Assembly: GCF_001194135.2 (NCBI RefSeq)
Contig: NC_068981.1
Coordinates: forward strand, 136,731,397-136,788,478
Source: Octopus bimaculoides
Taxonomy: Eukaryota
DNA: 57,082 nucleotides
Direction of reading: 5' to 3'
The translations under genes and the position numbers were made by a program. Positions 21,932-33,367 of the stretch are shown in pieces. Each line of letters starts with the position of its first letter. The first letter of the stretch is position 1. A model generated the notes under the pieces. That model was not told the DNA's origin and searched no databases. It saw only the letters and a program-made list of their open reading frames with translations.

Positions 21932-23261
21932 TCCAAACTTAGTGCTAATGATGGAATAAAGAATATAAAATAGAGCGTAATGGCGGTACACTTAAAACCC
22001 ATCCTTCTCCCTCCCGCCTTTACTATGTCTACATGCTTCATTTGTATATATATATATTTTACTATCTCTTTTGGATTTTTGCTTTTCTTTGCAGCAGCAC
22101 GATGATATTTCATTCACAGATTCTGTGAAGTTAGAAGTAGTAGACGTAGTGTGTATGTATGTATACATACACACACACACATGTATATACTTCACAAATA
22201 CTAAGACAATAATAAACATAGAATCATGTACACAGACATATTTACAATGTCTTTTCTTTGACTATTTCACGAAATGCCGGCGTCTCCCTCCCCCGTCCTC
22301 TCGCTGCTACTCATCTGTTGAACTATAATCACATCACATCCCATCATCCTCTTTCTCTCTGTACTTTATCTTTATAAACTTTGTTGAACGTTTATTATAT
22401 TAGAGCTATATGTCACAGTGACTGTTTGTGTGTGTGTCTTCTAGTAAGTGTATTTGTGTAAATGAGTTAATATATGTATATATGTGTGTAGGATTTATAT
22501 GTGAACGAGAGAATGTGTATAAATGAATGTGATGCTATGTGAGAGGATGTGTCTATGTTTATGTATGTGCGAGTACGTGTACGGGTAAGAACATGCGTGA
22601 ATGAGTGCATGCGCATGCGTGCGTGTGTACGCACGCGCGAGTCGTTGGCATTATTTTTTTTTTTCCTCCCCAAATGTTGCTCGCGAGTGCTCGTGTACGT
22701 GCAAGTTGTCTAGGTAGACACACGCTTTTGTACATATTGCATCGTGTTTCGAGTCAACAAAAGAACGTCTGCGTGATGGAGAAACCTGCTAGAGACAGCA
22801 AACAACTCTCCCTCAATCCACACCCCGGTCTTATAAAAAAAAAGAAAAAGAAAAAAGGGCACGTTAGCAAAATATACGTAGTGTCTGAAAAAGACAAATT
22901 AATAGAAGCTGATTATAAGGTCCCCCCCCCCCCAGCAATCAGTCAGGACTGATCTGGACCTATGTTTATACATATTCTTTTATACGTTTCAGCCCCAAAA
23001 CAGTAGCCATGCTGGAGCACCGCATATATATATATATATATATATATAGCTCTTAGCTTAGTTTTTCCTCGGGGCTAGCCAGATTGGAGCAATATCGAGA
23101 ATAACCAGCCGAGATTGCAAGGATAATCTGGATCTCGACTGAAGAGAGAAAACTCCGAATGACCTGTCCGTGTTTTCTTTGTATCGTCTATTTGGATGTT
23201 TTGTCCCTTTCTTGTATCACCTCACTGTCTGGATGTTTTGCGTTCTTGTCCCATTTTGTAT

Positions 23262-23264
<3 letters not shown>

Positions 23265-23297
<33 letters not shown>

Positions 23298-23327
23298 GAG
23301 ATAGATAGATAGATAGATAGATAGATA
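23265..23327. repeat. (GATA)n microsatellite
   Basis: Direct reading. Confidence 0.95.
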
Positions 23328-23356
23328 GGTTGGTGTGCGTGTGTTATTATTAACGC

Positions 23357-23515
23357 GGCGAGCTAGCAGAATCGTTAGCACGCCGGACAAAATGTTTCGG
23401 GGTATTTCGTCTGTCTTTAAGTTCTGGGATCAAATTCCGCCGAGTTCGACTTTGTTTTTCATCTTTTCGGGGTTGATAAAATTAATACCAGTTGTGCTTT
23501 GTGCCTATAGTAAAA
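23357..23515 (+). mobile_element. SINE family B
   Basis: GCGGCGAGCTAGCAGAATCGTTAGCACG head and body. Confidence 0.8.
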
Positions 23516-25114
23516 AAAAGATTATCATTACCATGAAGGCAATGGGCACAAAAGAGAGACAACACGCGGAGGGAGCAATTTTAACGTGTTAGCTTAATAT
23601 TAAAAGCGAAGAGAAATAGTCCCAGTTTTTCACACTTGATTATCAACGCTCGAAAGACTGCCAAGTTGTTGAACCACAATGTGGTTGAATGAAATAATTG
23701 AAATAGCCAAAAGAAGAGCACACTGAGTAGGATAACAAAACGTGACGATCAAACGGGAACGTTTTAGATCATATGTCGAGATAAAGGCTAACATGCAACT
23801 AAACAACAACAACGATCCACAAAAACCAAGCTTCATTTAGAAACTATTCACGATAATGGTGTTGTGTTGGTGTTGTTTAACTCAAGTTCAGCCCTGATCA
23901 TGGTCAGATCTGTAACGAAACGTATTTCAGCCGTGATCGACTTTGAGATCAATTTTTAAAGATTGCATCCGAGATCAGATCATCCATTTCTTTTTTGTTT
24001 TCGTTAGTGTCTTTTATCTTTTATCGTTTTCTTGTTTCAATTATTGGACTGCAACCATGCTGAGACATCGTCTTGAAGAGCGTTAGTCGAACAGATGAAC
24101 TCCATTAGTTCTTACCGAAGCGCTAGGTTTGTGGGACGTAATCAAACAAACACCAGTTGTTATGCTATAGGAGGGAAGCAAACAACTACAAAGACACACA
24201 CACACACACGATCAAACGGAGACTTCATTTTTGACTTGAGTAACAAACATTTTCTTCGCGTTGATAAGGAATCGTTATCAACATTATAAAAATCAATACA
24301 GTTTATTTATTTATTTATTTAGTTACTTCAGCAAATATGGCTGCATGGTTAAGAAGCTCGCTTTACGACCCGATGTTGTCGGATTCAGTCCTGCTGCACA
24401 GCACGACTATAGGCCCGGGCTGACCAATGCTTTGTAAATAAATATGGCAGACGGAAACGGTGAAGAAGCCCACTGGCTGTGTGTGTGTGTGTATTTCAGC
24501 AATGTAACCACACACGTACTGTTGGCGATTTCTTTACCTTCTTTGGATTTTCCCCTTTTCCTTTCCAACGTAGAGCTATGCTCGAAGCGTCAATCTCTCT
24601 CTTTTCACCGAGCGTCAAGCTAATGCATTTCTTGTGCGCACCCTCTTGTTGTCCGTTAATTATATTGATCTTTTTTTTAATTAATTGTATATTTGAATTG
24701 ACTATATATTTGTGTGTACGCACGTGTTTGTGTCCTACCACCGCTTGTCTACTTGGGTGATTCTGTTGTTCGGTTAAATCCTTCAAAACGGTGCTCCAGC
24801 GTGGCAACTATCCAATTACTGAAGCAAGTATAAGACAGTGAGTTTAGACGTCCGCACGAAACCAGAAAGCCCTGACAGACTGCAAAAAGTATCTATCAAA
24901 GAAAAGAAGAAAAATAGGCAGGGCAGATTAAAACCAGCTACATGTCTTAGTTAAATCGTTCTGTAACTTCATAGACTGAAGGATATTTATGGTTATAGGA
25001 CACCAGAATCTTTTGAAAACCATTTTCAAAATGCCGTCTCTCTAGGACTAATAGTTCTATTATTTGTTTCTTAGAAGCACCAAACAAGATACTTCAGGCC
25101 CTCATAATTATCTT

Positions 25115-25460
25115 TTATCTTTTACTTGTTTCAGTCATAAGACTGCAGCCATGCTGGGGCACCTTGAAGAACTTTTTAGTTGAATGAATCGACCCAGTAC
25201 TTATTTCTTTTAAGCCTGGTACTTATTCTATTGCCAAACCTCTAAGTTAAGGAGACATAAATACATCAACACCAGTTGGCAAACGCTGGTGATGACAAAC
25301 ACGGACACAAGCGCGCGCGCACACACCCAGTCATACATGACGGACTTCTTTCGGTTTCCGTCAACCAAATTCACTCACAAGGTTTTGGTCGGCTCGAGGC
25401 TACAGAAGACACTTGCCGAAGGTGCCACACAGTAGGATTGAACCCTGAACTATCTGGATG
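25115..25460 (-). mobile_element. SINE family A, diverged
   Basis: Reverse complement of family A tail, centre and head. Confidence 0.8.
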
Positions 25461-25819
25461 GGAAACATTCAACAAAGCCCAGGTGAGGACCACAACAGAG
25501 TACTACTTTCACATTTGGGACAACGTTGCTGTTGTACACACAAGCATCCTTGACTAAAGAAAGGCCTCCAGACGGATCGCCATAAATTCACTGACAGATA
25601 CGTTTCGTACCTCACCCACAAATACTTCCTCTCATTTCTCTACCTTTTCTACCGCTTCTACTATGGCATCGTGTGTGTGTGCATTTCAGCCATGTAAACA
25701 TACGAGCTGTGTGCAATTTCTTTTCCTTTTTGGGACTTTTCCCGTTCTCCTTTCCGACGAAGTGCTATGCTCAAAACGTCAAACTCACTCCTTTCGCTGA
25801 GGTTTTTTTCCCGCATCGC

Positions 25820-26050
25820 AGCTGGTTGGGCTCATGCCCCATCACTCAAGCAGTCCAGACCCACTCACCTCTCTTCTTCTCACTACTCTTGTGGACTCCA
25901 ACTCTTCAGGTCTCGCACTTATCACTACGACCAATCCTTCCATCCTTCTCTTTACGTCGACCCTCTGGAACTCTATCTCCATTCGTGTCTTTCCCGCAAG
26001 CGTTGACTTACAAAGGTTCAAGAGAAAAAAACTAATGACAACAATCTAAC
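25820..26050 (+). mobile_element. CR1/L2-group LINE, decayed RT C-terminal fragment
   Basis: Frameshifted peptides LVGLMP / RPTHLSSSH...RTYHYDQSF / TSTLWNSISIRVFPASVDLQRFKR resemble the TSKLWNSLP...VFP...YDL..FK C-terminus of this group. Confidence 0.7.
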
Positions 26051-26099
26051 TGGTCTTAAAAGATCTGCAGAGGCCATGGGCATTCACACTTTCTCCGGG

Positions 26100-26430
26100 C
26101 CCTAGAAGCTCGCTTCGACACCAGATGATTCAGTTCCACAACACAGTACCTTGAGCAAGTGTCTTCTACTATAGCCCCGGACCAGCCAATGTCGCTTGTG
26201 TGAATTTTGTCGACGGAATCTCTGTAGGAGCCCGTCGTTTACATATGCGTATGTGTGTGTGTGTGTGTCTGTGTTTTTCCCTCACCACCGCTTGACAACC
26301 TGTTAGGCAAAAGAAACTTATTCAAGTACCGGACTAGAAAAATAAGTACTAAAGTCAATTTGTTCGGTTGAACCCGTCAAAGCGTTGCCCCAGCACAGCT
26401 GTATTTCAATGACTGAAACAAGTGAACAGT
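26100..26430 (+). mobile_element. SINE family A, diverged
   Basis: CCTTGAGCAAGTGTCTTCTACTATAGCCCCGG...CGCTTGACAAC...AATGACTGAAACAAG. Confidence 0.75.
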
Positions 26431-26721
26431 AAAAGAATTTTAAATACTTCGTTTAAGGAGTCGTAGTTACACTGCAGCCTATTTCCAGCAGAAACTTGAA
26501 TTTCAACGGGCAGATAACCCTGTGATACCTACCTCCTCTGCAGGCTGGTTGTTGACCTTGATGTGACAGTCTTTAGCAGGTTTCACGTTTACTAAAAGAT
26601 CTAAGCAATACTATTTGTAATGAACTTTGTTGCCTAGTGAGGTTGTTATTTAGCTGAAGGCACGCTGGCCTGTGATTAAAAGTGTGCCAGGCGTGGTGTA
26701 TTGAAGACTATGCGTTGTATA

Positions 26722-27135
26722 CAGAGCCGGATTTAGACCTAATAGGACTCCTGGGTCAATAGATCTTTTTCGGGTGGAGATGCGCGACGATTTTGCTAAT
26801 TCCAAACAAAAAGGTCTCCATTAAATGCAAGGGCCCCAAACAGTTTAGAGGGGGGTCCCATTAAGTGTAAGAGCCCCAAACAGTTTGGAGAGGGCTCCAT
26901 TAAATGTAAGGGACCCCTAACAGTTTGGTGAGAGAGCTCCTTTAAATGTAAGGGTCCCAAACAGTTTGATGAGGACTCCATTAAATATAAGGGTACCACA
27001 CACTTTGGAGAGGGCTTCATTAAATGTAAGGGTCCCAAACAGTTTGAATAAGGCTTTGTTAAATGTAGGGGTCCCAAACAGTTTCAAGAAGGTTCCATTA
27101 AATGTAAGAACTCAAACACTTTGAAGAGGCCCCAA
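26722..27135 (+). mobile_element. hAT-like left end followed by a 39-bp minisatellite (8 units, ~26817-27130)
   Basis: The terminus CAGAGCCGGATTTAGACC is followed by units of consensus CTCCATTAAATGTAAGGG(T/C)CCCAAACAGTTTGGAGAGGG. No matching right end found. Confidence 0.6.
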
Positions 27136-27994
27136 AACTTAAAAGGGTCTCGGTAGATTCAGAGGGACCCAGTTAGATTTATTTATTTTTTAATTTTAAA
27201 GGCCCAATATAAAAAAAAAACGGCTAAATAATTTTGAAAGGACTATTCGATTAAAAATGTTTAAATAAGTAAAAGAAATGAAAAAGTATTAATCTAATTC
27301 ATGTAAATATAGATTTTAAACTCCAAGCTTAAGGCTTCTCTGAGTTAAAAATGTCCCCCACCCCCCAACGCTTAGCTTCCCCGCAAGATTAGGTGATTCT
27401 GTATCATGGTCCGTTTTGGCCTATACATAAATCAAGCCTTGGTTATATCTTTTAAAGATACAGCAGTATGATATACAAGAAATTTGACTGCTACTTCTAA
27501 CAAGTCGAGCTACTATCTAAACTATGTTGGTTCATTCTACTTTTTGCATTCACAATACTTTGGCTTCATTAAATATGTATATATCTATATACATGTATGT
27601 ATGTAAGTATATATGTGAGTAATGTATATGTGTGTGTGTTTGTATGTGTTTATGTATAGGTGTGTGTATGTATATGTCCCTGTGGTACATAACTTCAGGA
27701 CTGCTGTACACCGAACATCTTATTTCATCGTTTAAGTTCAAACCTCAGAGGTTGACCTTTATTTTCATTCCTCTAGAGTCGACTGCACACAAATTGCGTC
27801 TATGTGAAAATGTGCATGTGAATATTTGATACATGTGCGAGTATACACGTGTATATGAGTACGAATGTGTGTCGTTTGGTTGTGATATTTATTGACATGA
27901 ATGCCAAGGAAGTATTTTTCGTTATCGCATTTAGCCGCTATCAGCATATCAATAATAAATATGCTGATATATTGACATAAAGTCACTCACATTT

Positions 27995-28190
27995 GTTTTC
28001 CAACCTCAGGTCCACAGACACGCTGTCTCATCACTCTGCCTTTTCTACCACTACTATAATGGTTTCTGCTCTTCAGAAGTAACTGGACGCATCCCACCAA
28101 CGCTCGGCATTCCCAGTTCACTCGGCTCCCCAACTCTCAATTCCCCAGGTTTCGCACCGATTATGCATCACTATTTCAAAGCTTACTGGG
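27995..28190 (+). mobile_element. CR1/L2-group LINE, decayed RT C-terminal fragment
   Basis: FQPQVHRHAVSSLCLFYHYYNGFCSSEVTGRIPP resembles the LQPLSHRR.VASLSLFYRYY.G.CSSEL motif. Confidence 0.75.
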
Positions 28191-28260
28191 CCTAATTAAT
28201 TCTAATTTTTTCCTTATCACTTAGCTAAGAAGGTGTGGTAGTACCTATGACATTCTATAG

Positions 28261-28325
28261 CAACGGTCTCCAACCTTTCTTTTGCTGCACGGACCAGGAG
28301 ATCATGTGCATAGCAAAACACAATG
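28261..28325 (+). mobile_element. hAT (Charlie-like) left end fragment
   Basis: CAACGGTCTCCAACCTTTCTTTTGCTGCACGGACC; interrupted by (TA)n and a gap. Confidence 0.5.
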
Positions 28326-28333
28326 AAGTGCGT

Positions 28334-28373
<40 letters not shown>

Positions 28374-28904
28374 NNNNNNNNNNNNNNNNNNNNNNNNNNN
28401 NNNNNNNNNNNNNNNNNNNNNNNNNNNNNNNNNNNNNNNNNNNNNNNNNNNNNNNNNNNNNNNNNNNNNNNNNNNNNNNNNNNNNNNNNNNNNNNNNNNN
28501 NNNNNNNNNNNNNNNNNNNNNNNNNNNNNNNNNNNNNNNNNNNNNNNNNNNNNNNNNNNNNNNNNNNNNNNNNNNNNNNNNNNNNNNNNNNNNNNNNNNN
28601 NNNNNNNNNNNNNNNNNNNNNNNNNNNNNNNNNNNNNNNNNNNNNNNNNNNNNNNNNNNNNNNNNNNNNNNNNNNNNNNNNNNNNNNNNNNNNNNNNNNN
28701 NNNNNNNNNNNNNNNNNNNNNNNNNNNNNNNNNTGATGGTGTTAAACTGAAGGACGAATAAATATACTGCTTAAAAAGGATATATCGTGGCTTGAACTCG
28801 GAGCACTTAGACATCGTCTGACACTTTATCGACCCTGGAAGGATGAAATACAAAGTTGATGCCACCGGGATTTGAACTCAGAATGCAAGAAACCGGTACA
28901 ATGA

Positions 28905-29123
28905 TTTTTTCTACTAAAGGCTCAAGGCCTGAAATCTTTGTGGGGGAGGGGACTAGTCGATTGCATCGAGCCCAGCGTTTCATTGGTACGTAATTTACCG
29001 ACCCCGAAAGGATGAAAGGCAAAGTCGACCTCGGCAGAATTTGAACTCAGAACGTAAAGGCAGACGAAATACCGCTAAGCATTTCGCCCGGTGTGCTAAA
29101 GATTCTGCCAGCTCACCGCCTTA
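28905..29123 (-). mobile_element. SINE family B, full length
   Basis: Complete reverse-complement copy; a further fragment at ~28790-28890. Confidence 0.9.
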
Positions 29124-29849
29124 GAATCCGGTATTCGGAATACAAGACATCTTGTCCACTGCTGTAATACGATTTATATTAGTGGTGAATCGGTCAGTTC
29201 GCCAGAAGTACAAATAATATCAAATATACTCTGAATATATTTCGCTGAAGAGGGCTTTAAAATCTGAAATATCTTGAGTTGTCGACCTCTGTCTAAGATC
29301 AGACTAGACTTTACGTTCACGAGATTACCCATTTTTAATTTGAATTTATTAAGACTTTTATGTGGATATATTTCAACTTCATTTTTTCATTTTGTTTTTC
29401 AGTTGTCTCCTTTGTCATAGTTTGGTTGAGTACAACATTGTTGACCAATGTTTACCCATCCTCGATACAGCTTATCACATCATGTGTCTCTGCACTTAGA
29501 TGACCACGTTTAAACAAACGTTAAATTTATAACACCCAGAGAGGATATACGGGTGTGACAACCGAAGTGTCACGATTTTGGATTAATTTATTATTATATT
29601 TCATCGTAGGTCAACAACGCTCGAGTTATGATAAAGATTGCAGTTAGACCATCCAGTCTTTTGTTCAATCAATGTGTATACTGTATAAGACTATATTATC
29701 GAATATATCCTACATTACTGAAAACAAAACAGAAGAGTAACGAAGGCGTGAGTTAAAGGAGATTTAGCTGTCCTTTCCCGTAGAGTCGTTGTTGAAAGAT
29801 TCGATGCAGTTAGAATTACGTACTGCGTGTTCCTTCAGTCAAGTTTAAA

Positions 29850-30304
29850 TTATATATGTGTGTGTAAGGACAATAAACGTAAAACCGAATGCAGATAGAA
29901 CAAACGTTTGACAAATATGGAGTTAGTTTTTCGCTTCAATGGAAAAGGAACGACTTAACGTTTCGGACGTTAGTCTTTCGTCACAAGAGTAGAGAGAGAG
30001 AGAAGGAGAAGCAAAGGGAGAGTGAGAAAGAGAAATAGTGAACGTATAAAAGAAAAAGAGGGAAACGGAAAAGAATACAAGATGAAGATGCGCTGGTCTA
30101 CAGGTACAGCAGAAGCAGGAAGAAAGGGTGGAGAAAGTTGTGGTGAAAGGGTACAGCAAGGTTCACCACCACTCCCTGCCGGAGCCTCGTGGAGCTTTAG
30201 GTGTTTTTGCTTAATAAATACTTACAACGTCCGGTTAGGGAATCAAAGCCGCGATCCTACGACCGCGACTCCTCTTCCCTAACCACTGGGCCATTGCACC
30301 TCCA
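29850..30304 (-). mobile_element. SINE family C head fused to a Penelope-type 3' region with a hammerhead motif
   Basis: Head and central domain match 3119-3325. After CTGTACCTGTA the sequence switches to a CT-rich linker and a hammerhead motif instead of tail X. The 3' boundary is approximate. Confidence 0.7.
29954..29987 (-). ncRNA. Degenerate minimal type I hammerhead ribozyme motif
   Basis: CTT-GTGACGA-A-AGAC-TAAC-GTCC-GAAAC-GT-T-AAG: helix I CTT/AAG, helix II GAC/GTC and palindromic helix III ACGT. C3 and G10.1 are substituted, so this copy is probably inactive. Confidence 0.6.
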
Positions 30305-31244
30305 CGGTAATACGTATATATTGTCACCAAATAATACATACAGACAGACATGCATGTCACCACTATAATAAATTACCAGCTGTATTAAGTAACAGACAAA
30401 TATATGTGGTCGACAATACTATAAATGACCTATTAAATAACAATGTTATTTAGTACGACTCTCGAGGATTTGGTTTTACATATGGATTCTATATCTCCTG
30501 TTTATACCATCTATCCAACTAACTAACTAACTAACGTACTCTCTAAATATGGTCACCAGTAATATAAATTCAAACCACCATTATTATAAACTAAAAATGT
30601 ACACGGTTTCTAAATGTATGAATTTCAATTCTAAATAAATATATTTGACGTGACCCACCGTATAAATTAAATCAGCAATGAAACGTTAACAAGCAGAGGT
30701 AAGAAAGAAAGAAATTATGTTCTAAGAAGTAGGTATGTTTACCGTGTGTTCTAAGCAAATATCGAAGTTAAGAAAGTGTGATGGGAATTTAATGCAACTA
30801 GGTAAAACTGACACAAGGTAATACAGTGCACAGATGAAACTCTGGAGGAAATTGGCACAGCAGTAATCCAATTCATTTTTAATGAATTTAGAGGTTAAGA
30901 AATGTTATTTAATTGGTTCTGTTTTAGGTGCAGGGCAAACAATATCGATGAAGGGGGTGGGGTTTAGTGGATTACATCGAATCGACCTCACTGCTTCACT
31001 AGTACTTTATTTTATTGACCCAGAAAGGCAAAATAGGACAGGTTGACTTCAGTGGTATTTGAACAGAAAACACTGCTTATTGTGACCTAACCTTGTTAAA
31101 AATACTACGTGTTCAAAGAGTTCAAGTAGAAACACCCGAGCCAAAAAAAAAAAAAAACTGACAGCTAATAAAAACAACTCACGCGTTCACAATTCCTAAT
31201 TGAAATATAAATAAAATTTCTTTAAAATGGGGTCAATTAAAAAC

Positions 31245-31445
31245 TGGTGAGCTAACAGAATCGTCGGACGAAAAATATTGTACGTGTATTTCTTCCGGCT
31301 CTTTATATACTGAGTTCAAACCTGCTGGGGTCAAATTTGCTTTTTGTCTTTTCAAGGTCGTTAAAATAAAGTACCACTCAGGCACTGGGGTCGATGTAAT
31401 CGATTCGTCCCCCTCGCTACAAAATCAGGCCTTTTCCCCATATAA
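31245..31445 (+). mobile_element. SINE family B
   Basis: GGTGAGCTAACAGAATCG head and GAGTTCAAACC box. Confidence 0.75.
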
Positions 31446-31594
31446 AAAGAACTATTGGTTTAACACCCCCTCCCGGTTTGTGTGATTAAGCTGAATTATG
31501 ACGGCAATCAAAGCTGTTCCATCCGTCCTAGTGTACCTAAGACTACATGATTCAATGTATCTTTTATTTCTTTTCAAATAGTAAGTAGAGTGTA

Positions 31595-31860
31595 ATTCAA
31601 GGAAGATTTTGCTATTATTTCTAGCAGGCGAGGCAACCACTTAAATACATCCTCCTTACTCAAGAACTGAATAAGACAGTGATTGTTTAACCCAGGTCAG
31701 CCCGGATCGAGCAAGGCGTTCCAATTTCGACTACCTGGTCTTTTTTCCATCCCCGTCCTTAAGGACTGTTCAACTGAATCTACGTTTCCTTTCTTTCTGA
31801 ATACAGCAGTATAAGATGTTATGAGGAAAATTTGGCTACTATTTCTAGCACACCGAGCAA
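31595..31860 (-). mobile_element. Dispersed repeat family E (GCTAGAAATAGCAGCCAAATCT...GATCAGGGCTGACCTGGGGTTAAACAACAAC)
   Basis: Related copies at ~23865-24000, 32020-32230, 38400-38660, 39190-39400, 47130-47370, 48040-48245, 48535-48760, 54785-54900 and 55840-55990. The (CAA)n tail suggests a retroposon. Confidence 0.7.
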
Positions 31861-32242
31861 CTATGTTGAGGTCACCAAGACGCCTAGTGTTACAACAAGG
31901 TGTGTTTGTCCATTATATTCACACGTGAAAACACGTGTGAAAGTGTGCCAACTTGTTCTTTATATTATGTAAGACAGCTGAATTGCAATATTTTAGAAGT
32001 TTATTGTTATTAACATTAAACGTGCTAAAAATAGCAGTCAAATCTCCCTCATACTATATTATTCCACTAGGTTAGAGAGAGAGAGAGAGAGAGAGAAGGC
32101 CATATTGCATGATGTTGTCCTGTTACTAGAAACAGCAGCCGAATAGCCCTAATATTACATTCTAATGACCTGAAAAGAGAGAGGTGGCCACACCGCATAA
32201 TACTATCCTGTTACTAGAAATAGGAACCGAATCCCCTTTATA

Positions 32243-32735
32243 TAGGGTGGCCCAAAAGTCACTGAATATGACACCGCACCCAAGGGGTGAAATTTTTCTA
32301 GCAAAATCAGGGGTCAATTATTCAAACCCGGAGAGCACCAAAGAGAATTACACGTCATAAAATGTACAGAATGGTATGCAATTACGGTGGATGAGATAAT
32401 CGGGCCTTATTTCTTTGAGGACGGTAACAGGAATGATATTACTGTGACTGGTGAGCGGTACAGGTCCATAATCGCGTACTTTTTGTGCCCGGCCATTCAA
32501 AACAGGCCCGATATGTGGTACCAGCAAGATGAGGCAACTGCTCATACTGCATGAGAGACAATACAGTTGCTGAGGCAATATTTTGAAGAAAAATATCATC
32601 TCCCGCTACTGACTGCGATGTCAACTGGCCATCGCGTTCCCCAGACTTGACCAGCCCTGACTTGTTGGAGTACCTCAAGGTTTATGTCAACAAACCAGAA
32701 ACCCTTACAGCTGTCATGGAACGATTGTGGTGGTG
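32243..32735 (+). mobile_element. Decayed rosa-like (DD41D) Tc1/mariner transposon, internally deleted
   Basis: TA|TAGGGTGGCCCAAAAGTC left end. Peptide LHVIKCTEWYAITVDEIIGPYFFEDGNRNDITVTGERYRSII...MWYQQDEATAHTA*ETIQLLRQYFEEK/IISR/DVNWPSRSPDLTSPDLLEYLKVYVNKPETL. After repairing two frameshifts, ~41 residues separate the QQD and final D. One stop; no right TIR seen. Confidence 0.85.
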
Positions 32736-33066
32736 CCATGAAGTAAACATGCTTCAGATACATTCGTTTATTCATACAAACGTAACTGAGATGAAATATG
32801 CCATAAATAACAGTGACAAACGAAATATACACCGCCGGAAGTTGTTGTTGACAAACAACAGCAGAATTGTTTTCACCTCAATAGACGTCATTTATTGGTT
32901 GAAATTACCGAAATACGACAACACGAAATAGCTTCGAAAATACACAATTTTCTCAAAAACGCCACGAGTAAATGATGTTTTATGTGACATTCTTCCAGTA
33001 TACGAATTTTGAAAGTGTTTAGTTACAAAACATTATTTTTTAAATGTGCCGGCCAAAGGGAAAAGA

Positions 33067-33297
33067 TCCTAAGGTATTTTTCGGTGTTATTATCATGATT
33101 ATTATTCAAGTCACTGCCTGGAATCGAACTTGGAATCTTGGGGTTAGTAGCACGCGCTCTTAACCACTACGCCATATGCCCGTGCGGGCATATGGCGTAG
33201 TGGTTAAGAGCGCGTGCTACTAACCCCAAGATTCCAAGTTCGATTCCAGGCAGTGACTTGAATAACAACAACAACAACATTGAAAAATACCTTAGGA
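33067..33297. repeat. Head-to-head palindrome of a tRNA-derived element (arms ~115 bp, 2-nt spacer)
   Basis: ...TACGCCATATGCCCG-TG-CGGGCATATGGCGTAGTGGTTAAGAGCGCG...; each arm has A-box TGGCGTAGTGG and B-box GTTCGATTCC. The arms still pair at TCCTAAGGTATTTTTC/GAAAAATACCTTAGGA. Confidence 0.9.
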
Positions 33298-33327
33298 ATG
33301 AGAACCTAGGTTCGAAATTTCCCCAGG

Positions 33328-33367
33328 ACACCTGAAGAAGGCTGGAGAGTATATCAGCCAAAACGTT
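33328..33367 (+). ncRNA. Degenerate minimal type I hammerhead ribozyme motif (Penelope-type)
   Basis: ACAC-CTGAAGA-A-GGCTG-GAGAGTATAT-CAGCC-AAAAC-GT-T: intact CUGAAGA, 5-bp helix II and palindromic ACGT helix III. G12 is replaced by A (CpG-decay type) and the helix I 3' strand is missing. Confidence 0.6.

Noticed and set aside
26817-27130. CRISPR-like array
   Set aside because: Units are contiguous diverged tandem repeats without unique spacers, in a eukaryotic context with no cas genes.
30310-30690. Possible second solo LTR (minus strand ends GGTGACA, contains TATAAA)
   Set aside because: No matching TG start or TSD could be identified.
33185-33255. tRNA-Ser-like gene
   Set aside because: A and B boxes are present but the acceptor and anticodon stems do not pair as a functional tRNA, and it continues into a retroelement body; treated as a tRNA-derived head.
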